Origin: Paraspadella gotoi
Lineage: Eukaryota; Animalia; Chaetognatha
DNA: 64,000 bases
Assembly (NCBI GenBank): GCA_051294375.1
Contig: CM119269.1
Coordinates: 11,390,883 to 11,454,882, forward strand
Reading direction: 5' to 3'
The position numbers and the translations under genes were made by a program. Under the pieces are notes generated by a model. The model did no database searches. It saw nothing but the letters and a program-made list of their open reading frames with translations, and had not been told where the DNA came from. The first letter of the stretch is position 1. The number at the start of each line of letters is the position of its first letter. Positions 1 through 14,473 of this stretch are shown here, piece after piece.

Positions 1-609
1 AGCCGGTACTCGTTTACTTGTTTACTCGTCGCCTGTGACGGTGGTGAAAAAAAAGTGAATAAATTTTTTTTTTTGTAAAAAAAATAAAGAATAATCGAAA
101 ATAAGAGAGTAGAGAGAGAGAGAGAGAGAGGAGACGAGAGAGAAAGAGAGAGAGAGAGAAAGTTTTTCCGCCAACGATACGCAATATTAGGTCACTCTCG
201 TTTATATCGGCGTGATCTCGGTCAAGTTGATTTTTTTTATACACGTAACGTTTCCGTTGCCATCAAAACGCGTTATTAGGTCATGTTCTCGACATTGTTT
301 ACTCGTTGCCCTGCAACGGCCACGAAATCCAGGTCTCAGTAAGATATTCTTTCATATTTTCTCAAAAAAATCCACGAAAATCTCAGATGTAAATTTAAGA
401 TTTTGTATTGAGAAGAAGCGCGGAATAAATGGCGATAATAAAAGTTTTTAGAAAGAAAAAAATAATCAGAATTTTTTAAAAAAACGAACAATCATGCATG
501 AGATCCTACAGAGAGAGACAGACGCACACAGAGAGAGACTGAGAGAAAACACTGAACTCGTTTTTTAACGATTCAGAAAAGGCAGCGCCTGAAAAAATAA
601 TATATAATT

Positions 610-1200
610 TAAAAAATAAATAAAAGAAAGGCAAAAAATGTTACAATGGTTTACAATTGGAAAAATTTTCCAATTTTTCCAATCGCATCTTGTAAAAGAT
701 TTTATTTTTTATTGTATTAAAATTAAGATATAGCTTCTCATTTAAAGTTCTTTTTGAGTTCCCATTTTTATTATAGATTTAAAAAAAATTTTTTGAATTT
801 CATCTTCAATATTATTATACTGCAATATGTAGATTAGATTAAAGCATTTCTATATACTAATTTGGATATTATAATGAGTACTATAATCTCATTTGCATAT
901 TGCAGTAAATCATAATGAAGTGGAAATTCAAACAAAAAATACTTAAACAAATGTAATAAGAAAATATCAAAGCTATTTCAAGTTGAGAACCATATCTAAA
1001 TTTTTAACTTATTATGATCGCACACTTTTGTAAAACTTTATCATAATTCATAATAATTATTTTAAAAAAAAAACGGTAAGTCACAGCCAAACCTATAAAA
1101 GCGTAGTAGTTTTTATATAAAAACAGCGTGACGGACGACGACAACGACGACGACGACGACGACGTTCACAAGAAGCAAACCTAAAACATTTATAGAGCCT
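610..1200 (-). mobile_element. Dispersed non-autonomous repeat (Helentron/HINE-like family H1)
   Basis: Reverse-complement match to 11985-12530 and 59810-60380, partial copy at 51910-52222. Has a (GTC)n tract. Other copies begin with the hairpin ATCGAGCC..CCGGCGAAGCCGG..GGCTC. Boundaries approximate. Confidence 0.6.
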
Positions 1201-1320
1201 TGACTCTATCTTTCTCTCTATCTGTCTCTCTCTCTCTCTCTCTTTCTATCTTTCTATCTCTTTTTTTTGTACAAAAATAATTTTTTAGTCGATGCTACCG
1301 CCTTCGCTTTCGGTGGAGCT

Positions 1321-1449
1321 GCCGGGTGCTGCAGGCGGTGCCGCAGGTGCTGCCGGGTGCTGCAGGCGGTGCCGCAGGTGCTGCCGGGTGCTGCAGGCGG
1401 TGCCGCAGGTGCTGCCGGGTGCTGCAGGCGGTGCCGCAGGTGCTGCCGG
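1321..1449. repeat. 31-bp GC-rich minisatellite, ~4 copies
   Basis: Unit GCCGGGTGCTGCAGGCGGTGCCGCAGGTGCT repeats directly. It explains the overlapping ORFs here. Confidence 0.9.
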
Positions 1450-2051
1450 AGCCGTTGAGGTTTTTCTTCTCACGGCAAAGTCCATCTTCTTGAGTTGCGT
1501 GATTTCGGTGGTAAGGCTTTCTTCTTCGGAGTCGTGGTTTGTCGAATCCACTCCTGTCACCACATTTAAGTAAGTGGACAGAGATTTCAACATGAAACCA
1601 AGGTGGAATTTATTGACAAATATTTTACAAGCAAAGAACGGTGTGAGAGTTTACAGACAGATTGAATCGATACAGAAATCGTCAGTATTTATACAGAGCC
1701 CTCGAATCATCGACATGGGTTCTCCTCCCGGCGGCATGAAGCCCCTCTTCTCATTGGTCGATTCCGGAGGTGATTCATCCAATCAGTGAGTTCTTGGTTG
1801 ATTTCATCCGAGTCTCTGATCCGGTTTGATTCCGATAAGAATCCGATTCGATTCCTTTGTTTAAATTCCACCTTTGATGTTTACATCACCGTCACTGCGC
1901 GACGAGTAAACGATTAAACCGAGTTCCGGCTCTCTCTCTCTCTCTCTCTCTTTCTTTTTTTTTTTTTTTACAAAAAAAAAATTTTTTAGTCACTTTTTTT
2001 TCACCAGGGCGAGTAAACGAGTAAACGAGTTCCGGCTCTGTTCAGCTTCTT

Positions 2052-2082
<31 letters not shown>

Positions 2083-2792
2083 GTCTCTCTCTCTATGTAC
2101 GATCGTTCGTTTTTTGAAAAATTCTTATTATTTTTTTCCTTCTAAAAACTTTTATTATCGCCATTTATTTTTTTTTCTCATACAAAATCCCAAATTTACA
2201 TCCGAGATTTTCGTGGATTCATTTTAGAAAAAAGGAAAAATAACTTATAATGCAGGCAATGTCACATGTACATCAGCTGCTATATGTCCGGCAATTCGCG
2301 GATTAATTTAATTGCATATATAATTTTAAAAAAAAATTTGTTTTTTGTTATTACTGTAACTTTGGACCGGTCGGCCCACTATTGGCAAATTATATCTAAA
2401 ATAGGAGTTGAGAAGAGAGATATAGTCAAATTAAACATTATTTTTTTTTATTCTAATAATTTTTACAATTTTAAATTTGTTAATTTTTTTTAGTGTATAT
2501 ATTTAATCATTTTTTTCCTTTTTTAAAATAATAATTATTTGAGTTGGGATAAATATTTATAAATTAGTTAAATATGCAAATATGAAATTTGACCTCGGTC
2601 TGGTTTCTTCTTAAAAAAAAAAGAACAATCTAAAATTTCATTCAAGATTACAACTTTTTAAAGATGAGGACATAAAATTTTCTTTGATAAGTAAAAAAAA
2701 TATTAGAAAGGAAAAGAGTTCGTCCCTACTCAGATACGTCGAATAACGAGTTCAGCTCTGCAGCGGCGGTCCAGCTTCTCTCTATCTTTCTG

Positions 2793-2825
<33 letters not shown>

Positions 2826-2962
2826 CTTTCTATTTGTTCCGCCATTTATTCTGCGCTTTTTTCTCAATACAAAATCCCAAATTTACATCCGAGATTTTCG
2901 TGGATTTTTTTTCTAAAAATTCTGATTATTCTTTATATAAACGAGAGTGAAAACTGACCAGC

Positions 2963-3009
<47 letters not shown>

Positions 3010-4688
3010 ATTCATACACGCATTTGTTTGTTTTATTTACGATGAATGATTCATCGCGTCAATGAATGACTATCATCGCATCAATGAATGATTATCATCA
3101 TATCAATGAATGATTATCATCACATCAATGAATGATTATAATCGCATCAATCATTTGATTATCATCACATCAGTTATTTTGTTATCATCGCATCAATTAT
3201 TGGTTATCATTGCATCAATATTTGGTTATCATCGCATCAATATTTGGTTACCATCGAAAGCAGGCTCGATCCTTATGCTTTTAAGATTTTTTTTGACAAC
3301 TCATTTTCTTTTGCATGGAACTCTTGTATTTTTTGTTGTACATAAATAAAATACAGCTCATAATAATCACAAGAGGCCAAAGTTTTTATATCAAAATTTT
3401 ACATTTCGATTCTTACATTAAAATACCAAAAAATTGCTGGAAAGTAACCGCGACAATTTTTTTTCATCATGGTAGAAAAAAGCTTGAACATGACCTGTCA
3501 GTGGGGAATAAGTTGACAAGGAATTTAGTAATTGTAGAAAACAATTGACCAATCTATAGTAAAAGACATCAAGGTCAATGAAAGGAGAGAAAAATGATGC
3601 TTAGAGAATGCAGCGGACGGAGTGAACAGAAAAAACGGAAGTAGTGACGAGAAGAACTGCGTCGACGGAAGTAGGAGGAAAAAGGAAAGGAAACGTATTT
3701 GAAAAGGAAAGGGAGGAAAGTTGAAGAAATGGAAGAGAAAAAATATAAAAAGAAAGGATGGGAAAGAAAGGTAATAAGGGTAAAAGGAGAAGAATAAAAG
3801 AGGTCGAAGGAAGAGGAAAAAGAAAAGGAAGGAAAGGTATAAAGGGAAAGATAGGCAGAACGAGTAAAGAGGGAGTAAAGAAACCAACATCAAATACAAG
3901 GCAGGGAAAGAGGAAAGGAAAAGGGGAAGAGAGGAAAATTTCTCTCTCTTCTCGCAAACGAAAAAAAAGGCTTCGGCTAAAAAACTTGTTGCGAATCGTT
4001 GGAGAGAATTTAATGTTTTGCCAAGCAAAGTGGAAACATTATTGGCGGCATCGAGTCATTCTTTCGAGAATCACCTTTTAATTTTATATCGTGTAAATGA
4101 ATATGTATTAATCCTGGATATGTTTCGTTCGATAGCGTATTTTTTACAAAGCTTGATAATTCCATATATAGAGCATATGATTCATATATATTCCAAATAT
4201 TCCATGTTCTATATATATTGAGAACAGATGGTCTGAATTAAATTTCTATTGCATTTCATTCTCGTAAAGTTTCTTAATTTCTGAATTTTAAAACATATGA
4301 TGATAACAGGTGTTTTTAAAACATTCTGAGAGTCTGTAGTAAATTTTTTTTGTGAAAATAAAACTTTCGAATTTTCTTTTATTTATTTTTTTTCAACAAA
4401 ATAAAATCCATTTAAGTTTGATAAGATTATTAATTTTCCGCATATATCAACTTCATATTAAGAATTTCATTTCTCGAGAATACCGTTTCGAAAGTCTTGA
4501 AAAGATAAGGACTAAAAAGGCGGGTCTTCCAACTGACTGCGCAAACGACGAAAAACTTCTCCCTCTCGTCTCGATTCGTCATTGAGTCTAAAAATAAGAA
4601 AAATTCGCGAATCACAAAAATAGCCGAAAATCCTTGAAGAAGAAATTGGAAAGATGACTTTTAAGGTTTTTCTTACATTTTTCCCATC

Positions 4689-4784
<96 letters not shown>

Positions 4785-5317
4785 GGGGGAGGGGGTAGCT
4801 GTTGGGAAGATGTTTAAAATTTTCGTTTTTGTTTTTCTTTCAAGGATTCCTAAGCAAAGAGCCTACAAATGTCCATGGGTAAGAATCCGTATTTAAAGAG
4901 TAATATCTCGGCTCATAAATTATGACTGAAAAGTGAAAGCCAATTGCTCGTTTCTCATTAAACAATCTCACGACGAGAAGAACATTTTCAAAATGATGTA
5001 AAAGACTTGGCAACCCCCAAAAAAACCAAAACATTTTCCATGAAAAAAAAAGACCAAAATAGAGTATCTTTTGAAAGAATCTCTTAAAATTCAAAGATCC
5101 TTCACGGTAGGGCAGAGAGGATGTGAAAGAAACAAAAAAAGTGCCATCTCTGAAACCTATAAAATCTTAAAGTATACCCATGAGACACTTAATGTGGTAG
5201 GTCAGTAAAATTCGATAAAGGCAGGTTTTTTTTTAAATACTCATTAAAGTTTTTAAATTTTTTTTTAGAACCTAAAGTTTGAAGAGAGATTTAACAACGA
5301 TTTTTATTTCATAGTGA

Positions 5318-5359
5318 AACGGACATGTTTCGACTCACATACGAGTCTTCTTCAGCGCC
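5318..5359 (-). ncRNA. Minimal type I hammerhead ribozyme (intact core)
   Basis: Minus strand GGCG-CTGAAGA-A-GACTC-gtatgt-GAGTC-GAAAC-AT-GTC-CGTT. It has the CUGANGA/GAAA core, stem II, palindromic ACATGT stem III and a GUC cleavage triplet. Confidence 0.85.
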
Positions 5360-6359
5360 AATTCAATTTGTGAATTTGAAGAGAATTTTGTGCATAAAGA
5401 AAGAGAGAGAGAGAAGAGAGAGACAGAGCAAATTTCTTTCAACACAGAGTTTGAGAGAAAGGATAGTGTTCAGTTTTTATTAGGGACAGGTGAAGGTGAG
5501 GACAGATAGTTATGTGAAAAGAAATTTGAGAGAGGAGAGAGAGAGAGGAGAGAGACAGTGCCTTAAAATATATTACATTATGAAATGTACAACAATGTTA
5601 AAATTTGGTAAACTTTAATAATGAATAATATCAACAATTAGCTACAGTAATAAATTAGTGAAATGAAATAGAAGTTCAGAAATGTGAAATATTTATTGTT
5701 AGTGAGGGATAGCTAAGTAATTAGGAAAGGGAAATTTCAAGTAATAAAAAGAGCTCAAAAATGAGCTGGCCCCCCTTGGTTATGAACAAATGAAAGGCTA
5801 GATTGATAAGGTCGGGTCATTGGTGTGTATTGGCTGAGAGGACAGGTTGGTGGAGCCTACTAGTGCAGAGCTGGAACTTCCTTGCGGGAAGAAACCAAGA
5901 GCTACTCGCGATGTCTCTCTGGCCTGGTACGCCTGCCGACTGCCCTCTTCTTGCCTGCTGGCCGAGTGGGCGGCTGTCCATTCTTGCCACTTTCGCGACG
6001 AGAGTGGTGGCCTCCCCCCTTCCTCCTGCAGCCGTCGCTTTGGGCGGCGCTCAGTCCACAGAGGAAGGGAATGAGTTGCTGCAGTTGAAGGAGATATCGT
6101 CTGCCCATTCCTGCGCAAGGGTCTCCGCCTATCTCGTTGAGTGGAGATGGGGAATCATTGTGCGACGTGGTGGAGACGGGGCCTCCACCACGCTTTTGAT
6201 AAGCGAATCATAGCTTGGAGGGAGATCGAATCGTCCTCCATCACGGTTCAAAGAGGGCTCGAGGGCTTTGTGTAGAATGCCTCTCTAATACCTCTTGAAA
6301 ACCAGCTTGGGTCATGGACAGCACGAGACAGTCTGATTCTCTGAATAGATGGCCAGTAA

Positions 6360-6962
6360 GGCGGGCCAAAATTGAATACTTTTTATAACTTTTAATTCTC
6401 TCAAAAAAATTCCTTTTTTCCTTCTATTACTAAATCGATTTTCAATGCAACTTTTTGAATTAGTTCATTGGTTGTTGCACTGAAGCTTTTAAATATTTAT
6501 TAATATATAACAAATGACAACAATTTTTTTTTAAAAAAATAGTTTTTAAGAACGATTCCTATAGAGCTTGAAAAGTTAAATGAAGAGTCTACTTAGTACT
6601 ACAATTTTTAAAAATTTTGACAAGAAATTGGTTAAAAACAGAAAAAACGTTAAAAAATCATCATCATCATCATCATTGGCTGAATTTTATATTTTTTAAA
6701 ATTTTATCAATAAAACAAAAAAATTTTTAAAATTTGTATTAATAAACTTTATCTAACTTTTAAAGCTCTATCAGAATCCATTTAAAAAAATTGAAAAATT
6801 CCAAAAATATTTTAACCTTTATATAGTAATAAAATAATCTTTAAATGCTTCCGTGCGCTATTTAATAAGATAATTTTTCTAAAATTTTTATTTTCATATT
6901 CTCTACAGTCACTTTATCATTATTTATTTGAGAGAACTTCTAGTTTTCAACCTGTTCCAGCC
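6360..6962. mobile_element. AT-rich MITE (PIF/Harbinger-like) inserted in the GIY-YIG domain of PLE copy A
   Basis: Interrupts colinearity with copy B. TAA TSD at 6357-6359 and 6963-6965. Imperfect TIR GGCGGGCCAAAATTGAA / TTCAACCTGTTCCAGCC. Confidence 0.65.
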
Positions 6963-8946
6963 TAATGCGCTATTAGCCGTGTGTTCGGCTATACAGATAG
7001 GTAGTGGCTCTAGCGTCACGATAGGGTCTCGTATGCTGCTGGAATCGGTCTGTTAGAGATCTTCCTGTCTCGCCCACGTATGCTGCTGTGCAGGCTTGGT
7101 TGCCCGCCCCTGCACACGCGCTCAATAGACGCTCCTGATGTTTTCGGTCTGGGGATTTATCTTTCGTTCACCAATAGCTCACGCAGAGAGCCGCGGGCCG
7201 TCACTGAGGTGGAATCCCCTTGCTTTGCTAGCACCCGCACCAATGACTCAGTGATCCCCTGGTGGTAGGGAGGGACAAGTGACCCACGTTCTTTGGCGCT
7301 TCTGCTTATCTTCCAATTGCCCTGTGGTGGGCGCGTAGGCACTTCAGCAGCAAGCTCCCTTTCTGCCTCCTGGGACGGGAGTAGAAACTGCATCAGCGGC
7401 TACTTGGGCAGCCCCTAGGTGGCCACTGCCCTCAACCAGACACGGCCGTACCTAGCCCTCTCGTAGGCCCACAATGGGTAACCATTGATCGCCAAGGCCT
7501 TTTGACGTGTCAAGCTCAGCGCGCTGAAGCTCGCGGGGTCGACGGAATCAATGCAGCTCTTCTGTAAGGGACCTGACCGTGGCTAGTTAATAAGCACATC
7601 GAGCATTGGAATCGACCCATTCACCTCCTTCCACACGTCCACTTAATGCTCACCATGGATGCTGTTCAAATGGTTTAGTAAGTCCTCAATGAGGTCTTTG
7701 CGCACGGCCAGAATGGTATCGTCTCTTTCCAATACCAGAAAGATTGACTCTGCCCCATGCAACGATCGAAAAGAGGCCAAAACTCTCCACCCTCATAGTC
7801 CTCCATATAAAATCTGCCAGAGGACTTGATGTCGACTTGCCCCCTCCCTAAGCCACCAGGCTTGGCATAGTATTGTCCATCGAAACCTGAAGTACGCCAG
7901 TTCCAGGTCGAGCCGCAACAGTGCCATGATGTCATTCAATGGATTGGCGTACGCTGTGCAATGTCCGGTCTTCCCTCAGGCGGCGCTCTGCTGATTTTAA
8001 CGCCAATTCCTGGGGAATGTTTGTAAACATGCTTGTTAGATCACACGAGACCAAGCAATGACTATCGGGCACTTTTATGTGTTGCAACTTTTCCCTCAGA
8101 TCAACAGAGTTCCGGAGGTGGTGTTATTACAACGAGTGGAGTGAGGATGCGCCCCAACTCCTTCGTCATTCCATTAAAAATGGAATTGCGAGCCGATACG
8201 ATTGGGCGTAACAGTAGACGCGGCTTATGTACCTTCGGTTGACCGAAGAACAAAGGAGCGTAAGCACGTTGAGTCAGAGACCGGCTCTGACTCTCGCTCG
8301 AAACTTCACTGCTAACGGGGGACAGTATTCACATATTCTTTTTGTCACCGTCTGAATCCGAGCTCTGTAAGCTAGAGTCGGATCCTTGGATAGGAGATGG
8401 TAAGTCTTCCTATCTGCCATCATTTTGCAAACTTTTTCTTTGTAGTCATGGGCGTCCATGACTACCGCAGCTCTTCCCTTGTCCGCGGGGTGAACCATGA
8501 TTGCCTTGTTACGCTTGAGTGAAGCAATGGCCTTGCATTCACTCTTTCCGATATTAGGTTGCGGCGGGGCCCTCTTGGCATTGAGGATCCGTGCCGCCGC
8601 CGCCCGAAGGGTTGCCGCCGCTTCGGGCCGTTGATCGAGAAGCTTCGCTCCTGTCTCAACACCGACAATGAGGTCAATAGCGGGTGGGTTAATAGGGGTT
8701 GGAACAAAAGATAGGCCCTTACGTAACACGGAATCTTCGTCATTGCTTAGTGTATAGGAGGAGGTTTTTGTGCCGTCCGGATTTCATCTTCTGTCAAGCG
8801 GAACAATTCGTTTCTTTGGCGGGTTTGTCTATCCTTGACGAGTTTATTCTTCTCTCAACTCTGTGTTGGAAACTTTGCCCTCTCTCGCTCTCTGCTCACT
8901 CATTTCCTTTGCACAAATCTTTTTTGAAAGTTCATAATTATCTCTG

Positions 8947-8990
8947 AACGCCGATGAAGGCTTGTAGAAACTAAGCCGAACATGTCCGTC
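8947..8990 (+). ncRNA. Degenerate hammerhead ribozyme motif
   Basis: ACG-CCGATGA-A-GGCTT..AAGCC-GAAC-AT-GTC-CGT. Two core defects (CCGATGA, GAAC), but stems are intact. Followed by the family motif AATAAAATCGTTGTT. Confidence 0.65.
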
Positions 8991-10014
8991 TCATATTAAT
9001 AAAATCGTTGTTTGATCAATCTAAAAACGTTTTCTATCATCCAAACACAACGAAACGAAAGGAAATAACGATGTCTTAAGTGCTCAACTAATATTTATCT
9101 GTTAATTTTATTGAGATTAAGTTTTAATTAAATATCACATATTTTTCTTAAAAAAATAAATTAATTATCTGTATTATTTATTTTTATAATAAATTTATAT
9201 CAATTTTTTTAAAAAAATTGTTTTTAGGGCTTATAAAGTAGAAATGCATTTTGAGAACCTATTTGTACTTTTATTTTAAGAAATAATCCATTTGAAAGAA
9301 CTGATTGATTATTAATTTTTTTTTTTTAAATTATGATTTTTACTTATAATTCAATAACAAAAAATCCTAAAAAGTTGGGAGAGGTCTCAAATTAAAGCTT
9401 AATGCTCTGTGATAATTAGATGAAACTGCATTAGACATTAAAATTGTAAGCATTTTCACTAAACTATTTAAAAATTTTTATAAAAAAAATTTAAAAAACT
9501 TTAATGAGCATTTAAAAAAAAACCTGCCTTTATCGAATTTTACTGACCTACTACATTAAGTGTCTCATGGGTATACTTAAAGATTTTATAGGTTTCAGAG
9601 ATGGCACTTTTTTTGTTTCTTTCAAATCCTCTCTGCCCTACCGTGCCTTCGCAAATTTAGCGGCTGCTTTCTCGTAAACCGTAGCAGGAAGGACAAGGAA
9701 AATGTTAAGCTTCTTTACGAACGCATTATTTGCTGGGCCATTACGAAGCAATGAAACTAAAAGGCGCGAAAAAGCCGCAGCAAACGCAGCTGCATCCGGA
9801 AAAGGAAAAGCGTCGACCGGAACGCTATCAAAGATGACGGCGGCGGCGGCAGCGGCGGCGACGTTGGAGGCGTCCTTGTCTTGTTCTTCCCCGGCGAGGG
9901 TTTTTTGGCCCCTGTTCGACACAATGTCGCGTGTCGGGGCGATAAAAGATAACTCGGGTCGCCGTTCGAAATTGATGGCGACGACGACGAGGGAAGAATA
10001 TTTCGTGGCTCGAG

Positions 10015-10520
10015 GCGTGGCGTAGAATAAAGAGTGGCTTGGCGTAGAATGGAGAATGGCGTGGGGTAGAATTGAGAGTGGCGTGGCGTAGAATGGAGAG
10101 TGGCGCGGTGTAGAATGGAGAGTGGCGTGGCGTAGAATGGAGAGTGGCGTGGGGTAGAATGGAGAGTGGCGTGGTGTAGAATGGAGAGTGGCGCGGTGTA
10201 GAATGAAGAGTGGGGTGACGGGAAATGGAGAGGTGAAGAATAGAGAATGACTTAGTCGAAGGTGGCAAGGTGGAGAACGTTGTGTAGCATGATGGAGAAT
10301 GGCGTGGTGGAGAGTGGTAAGGTGGAGAATGGAGAGTGGCATGGTCTACAATGGAGAGTGGCATGGTTTAGAACGGAGATTGGCACGTTCTAGAACGGAG
10401 GATGGCATGGTTTAGAATGGAGAGTGGCATGGTCTAGAATGGAGAGTGGCATGATTTAGAACGGAGATTGGCATGGTCTAGAATGGAGAGTGGCATGGTC
10501 TAGAATGAAGAGTGGCCCGG
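10015..10520. repeat. 20-bp minisatellite
   Basis: Unit ~GTAGAATGGAGAGTGGCGTG, later TCTAGAATGGAGAGTGGCAT variants, with a degenerate middle. Confidence 0.9.
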
Positions 10521-10924
10521 AGGAGAATTTAAATTGGAGTGACGTGGTTTAGAATTCAAAGTGGCGCGGTAATGAACGATGTAGAAAGCGAGCAGGTTTC
10601 TTAATTGGGAAACATGAGAAAAACTTACATTTTGAACAGAAAAAAGTATTACATCTTTGAAACAGAAAAAAAAACAGTCTAAAACTTTGGATGAAAAGAG
10701 GCGAAAGGCCCAAGGGTGAGTCTCTGAGGAAATGGGGCGAGAAGAGAAGAAAAGTCAATGGAACCGAGAAGGACTGGAATGAAAACCGCGACAGATTTAA
10801 CACTTAACGCTTATACGATATCTGAGTTCTATTTTTGAAAACCTCTTTTAAATTTGATAAGTGAGAAATGTTAAAATATTTTGATTTTTTTAGGCGAAAC
10901 TTAGAGAGAGAGAGAGAGAGAGAC

Positions 10925-10955
<31 letters not shown>

Positions 10956-11177
10956 AAAAAACATAAAATCAGCATAATGCAAATGATTTCTGGAGCCCGG
11001 GCCATCTCTAGTCTCTAGTCACACAACTATCGCTCTCTTCTAGTCATTTTTTCATTCATTACGCGCGGTTTTAAATCTCGAAGAGTAAAAATGCAAATCA
11101 ACATTTTTTTTTATTGCTTTCATGACGTAATAAATTTTTTTTCGGTTCGTTAGACGAGCGAGTGAAAGTGGGAGACG

Positions 11178-11231
<54 letters not shown>

Positions 11232-11984
11232 AAAGGAAAAAAGATTTAAAAAAAAATATTGCTCATCGAACAAATTATGTACAATGTGCGATTCGGTTTT
11301 CTAAAAAAAAGAACAATAAATTTCGTCCATAAATGGGGCCGATATAAATGCCGGTAAATATTGCTCCGCACTGCAATTAACTCGAGGCAGTTGTGGAAAA
11401 AGAATAAATAGAAAAAGGAAAATTGAAAGGAGGAAAAACTCGAAGGAAGAAAAAAATTAAGGACTCGTTTTCTCGTTTCTTTTCCTTCGTCATGAAAATG
11501 AAAAAAAAAATCGGGATTCTCGTCAAGTTGGAAAACATTAAAAATGGCGACGGCTGCTTTTATTGATTCCTAAGGCTTACAAAGAATTAATTTATGGTAT
11601 TTTCCCGCTTTTCGAACAGTTTTTTTTCCCATTTTTTTAATAGATATTTTTACAAGTTTTGTTACAACATTTTTTTCTCTCTTTCTATGAACAACTCCTG
11701 GTGTGAAAGAGAAAAACTGGTGAAAATATTTTCTCTCGAAATTTCGAAAAGCCCGGCGGGGCGGCGAAACCAGAGCCGCTGGTTTTCTTTGTCTGTTTAT
11801 TTTTCTCTCGCTAAAGTTGCAAAACTTTGTGTTGTAGGAAAAACTCGGCGTCTTTTGTTGACGTTGAATCTATTTGCGGCGCCATCTGCATTTCTGAGCT
11901 GCTTTCGTCACGCTTTCGTTTTCTTCTTTCGGCTTCTGTGATTCTTTTCCTATCAATGTTTTAGTTTGCCTCTTTGTGTACGTA

Positions 11985-12530
11985 GTCGTCGTCGTCGTCG
12001 TCGTCGTCGCGGCGTCACGCTTTTTTATATAAAAACTACTACGCTTTTATAGTTTGGCTGTAACTTACCTTTTTTTTAAAATAAAAATTATTATGAATTA
12101 TGATAAAGTTTTACAAAAGTGTGCGATCATAGTAAGTTAAAAATTTAGATATGTGCTTTCATCTTGAAATAGCTGTGATATTTTCATATTACAATTTGAT
12201 TTAAGTATTTTTTGTTTGAATTTCACTTCATTATGATTTACTGCAATATGCAAATGAGATTAAAGTACTCATTATAACATCCAAATTAGTATATAGAAAT
12301 GCTTTAATCTATTTACATATTGCAATATAATATTGAAGATGAAATTCAAAAATTTTTTTTAAAAATATAATAAAAATGGAACTCAAATTATCTTTTTAAT
12401 GAGAAGCTATATCTTAATTTAATACAAATAAAAATAAAATTCTTTACAAGCTGCGATTGGAAAAAATTGGAAAAATTTCCAATTGTAAACAATTGTAACA
12501 TATTTTTGCCTTTCTTTTATTTCTTTATTT
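11985..12530 (+). mobile_element. Dispersed repeat family H1 copy
   Basis: Matches 59810-60380 directly and 610-1200 as reverse complement. Confidence 0.65.
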
Positions 12531-13016
12531 AATATACATATATATATTTTTTTTTCTTTTGATTTACTTGATTTTTGGTTTAAAAATTTGAACAATTTCT
12601 TGAAGTTTCTGAATCGTTTAATTTTATAGTTTCTTATGAGAATTGTACATAACAGTATTTATCTTATGAGTCGACTTAAACGTTAAATTTAAATGTTAAA
12701 GACTTAACGTTTAATTTTTAAAATAGACGAGTTTAGTCTATTTAACGTTTGTGTCTTGTGTTCCTTGTTGTTCCCTTTTTTATATCTATGTAGTGTTTTG
12801 GTTTGTAAAAATTTGAATTTTGAACGTTTTTTGAAACGTATATATTTATAGTTGTCTTATGAATTAAGTCCATAATCATTTATTATGAGTCAATTTAAAA
12901 CGTTAGTGTCTTTTGTTCTGGTTGAATTTTATAGTTTCAGTTTATTGTACACTATACTTGTTTTGATTAATTGTCAATACTGTTTTGGATTAATTAAAAA
13001 AAAAAATAAATTTATG

Positions 13017-13057
<41 letters not shown>

Positions 13058-14438
13058 TTAAGAAAACGAGTATCAGTCTCTTGCATGACTGTACAGCGGC
13101 TTTCCAGCAGCTGTCCCTTGTTCTCTCTGTCTGTCTATCTCTCTGTGTTCTCTTTGTTGACTCTCTCTGTCTCCTCTCTCTCTCTCTCTCTCTGTGCTAC
13201 GATTTTTTGCTGATCGTTCGTTTGAAAAATTCTGATTATTTTTTCCTTCTAAAAACTTTTATTATCTACCATTATCCAAATTTACATCGAGATGTTTACT
13301 GGATATTTTTTAGAAAGAAGTGAGATAACTCATCACGTCAGAAATTACGCTATCTCTCCATTTGCTCTCCGTCTCTAACATTTGTATTAAAGAAAAAATA
13401 AATATAATAGAAATAGCATATTTAATACAATTTACATTGCAGAGGAAATCTTTCATACTCTGTCAATGTTGTTGAGCGAAAAACCTTAAATTTTTTTCAC
13501 ATATTGAATATGCCGGATTGTATGCTATATATGCGATCATTTTTTTACTGCCTATTTTTGCCGGTTATGGTTTAACTACCAAACAATGTATCTATTTATC
13601 AAGTTCCATTAGTGAGGCCGTGATGAATTTGAAATGTGCTCATTTTCTTTGTTTCATATCGATTCAGAATATTTTTTGTGTTGAATTCACTTCATTATAA
13701 TTTACTGCAATATGCTAATTAGATTGTTACTATACTGCAATATCAAATTAGTAATAGTAATATATTTTACGATTTGGCCGAGTAACGAGTTCCGCTATGC
13801 AGCGTCGTTCAGTTCTTTCTCTCTCTCTCTCTCTCTCTCCTCTCTCTTCTCTCCTCTCTCTCTCTCTTTCTGTCTCTCTTTCTCTCTTTACGATCTCTTG
13901 CGTGGACGTTCGTTTTTTGAAAAATTGTGATTATTTTTTTCCTTAAAAACTTTATTATCGCCATTTATTCCGCGCTTTTTTTTTTTTCATACAAAATCCC
14001 AAATTATATCTGAGATTTCGTGGATTTTTTTGAGAAATGTGAAGAATAACTTACTTGACCTTACGTGTATAATAGGATCAACTTGACCGAGATCACGCCG
14101 CCGTTGCGAGGCAACGGATACCATATAATTGGAAATATCTGTTTTCTTTTATTTCTCTCTCTCTCTGTCTCTCTCTGATTATTTTTTCCTTCTAAAAACT
14201 TTTTATCACCATTTATTCCGCGCTTTTTCTCTTTACCTCGATTCTGTGCCGTTGCGAAGAAACGAGTAAACAATGTCCAGGAACATGACTAAACGCGAAC
14301 GCGTATATTATTATTATTTGGAAGTCAAATATCATTAGTCGTTAACTGTATATTTCAACTTTATTGTTAATAGATTATAATTTTTTCAATGTACAAAAAT
14401 TTCTTATATGGCTTCTTTTTTCTCTCTCTCTCTCTCTC

Positions 14439-14473
<35 letters not shown>

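Larger units (their letters stand above)
5285..9020 (-). mobile_element. Penelope-like retroelement copy A (decayed RT + GIY-YIG endonuclease)
   Basis: Minus-strand fragments: VLRKGLSFVPTP, HPADKGRAAVVMD, FDGQYYAKPGGLG, FYMEDYE, YHQGITESLVRVL, YVGETG, EPSLNRDGG. Colinear with copy B, with frameshifts. The 3' terminal region is 5285-5760 and a diverged inverted copy lies at ~8845-9020. Confidence 0.92.
5103..9645. mobile_element. Non-autonomous TIR DNA transposon, Chapaev (CMC)-like, hosting a nested Penelope-like element
   Basis: ~170-bp TIRs starting CACGGTAGGGCAGAGAGGAT (5103) and ending ATCCTCTCTGCCCTACCGTG (9645). 4-bp TSD CCTT at 5099-5102 and 9646-9649. CAC..GTG ends with a 4-bp TSD fit Chapaev; the superfamily is an inference. 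Confidence 0.75.

Noticed and set aside
1267-1789. Overlapping ORFs with Ala/Pro or Cys/Arg repeats
   Set aside because: The 31-bp unit is not a multiple of 3 and no domain was recognised.
3525-4081. Phe/Leu-rich and Lys/Arg-rich ORFs
   Set aside because: Purine/pyrimidine-biased low-complexity sequence. The same applies to the many (CT)n 'SLSLSL' ORFs in the window.
9638-10364. 234-aa and 178-aa minus-strand ORFs
   Set aside because: The first half is the 20-bp minisatellite. The GC-rich remainder (9650-10015) may be exonic but has no recognisable homology or clear splice sites.
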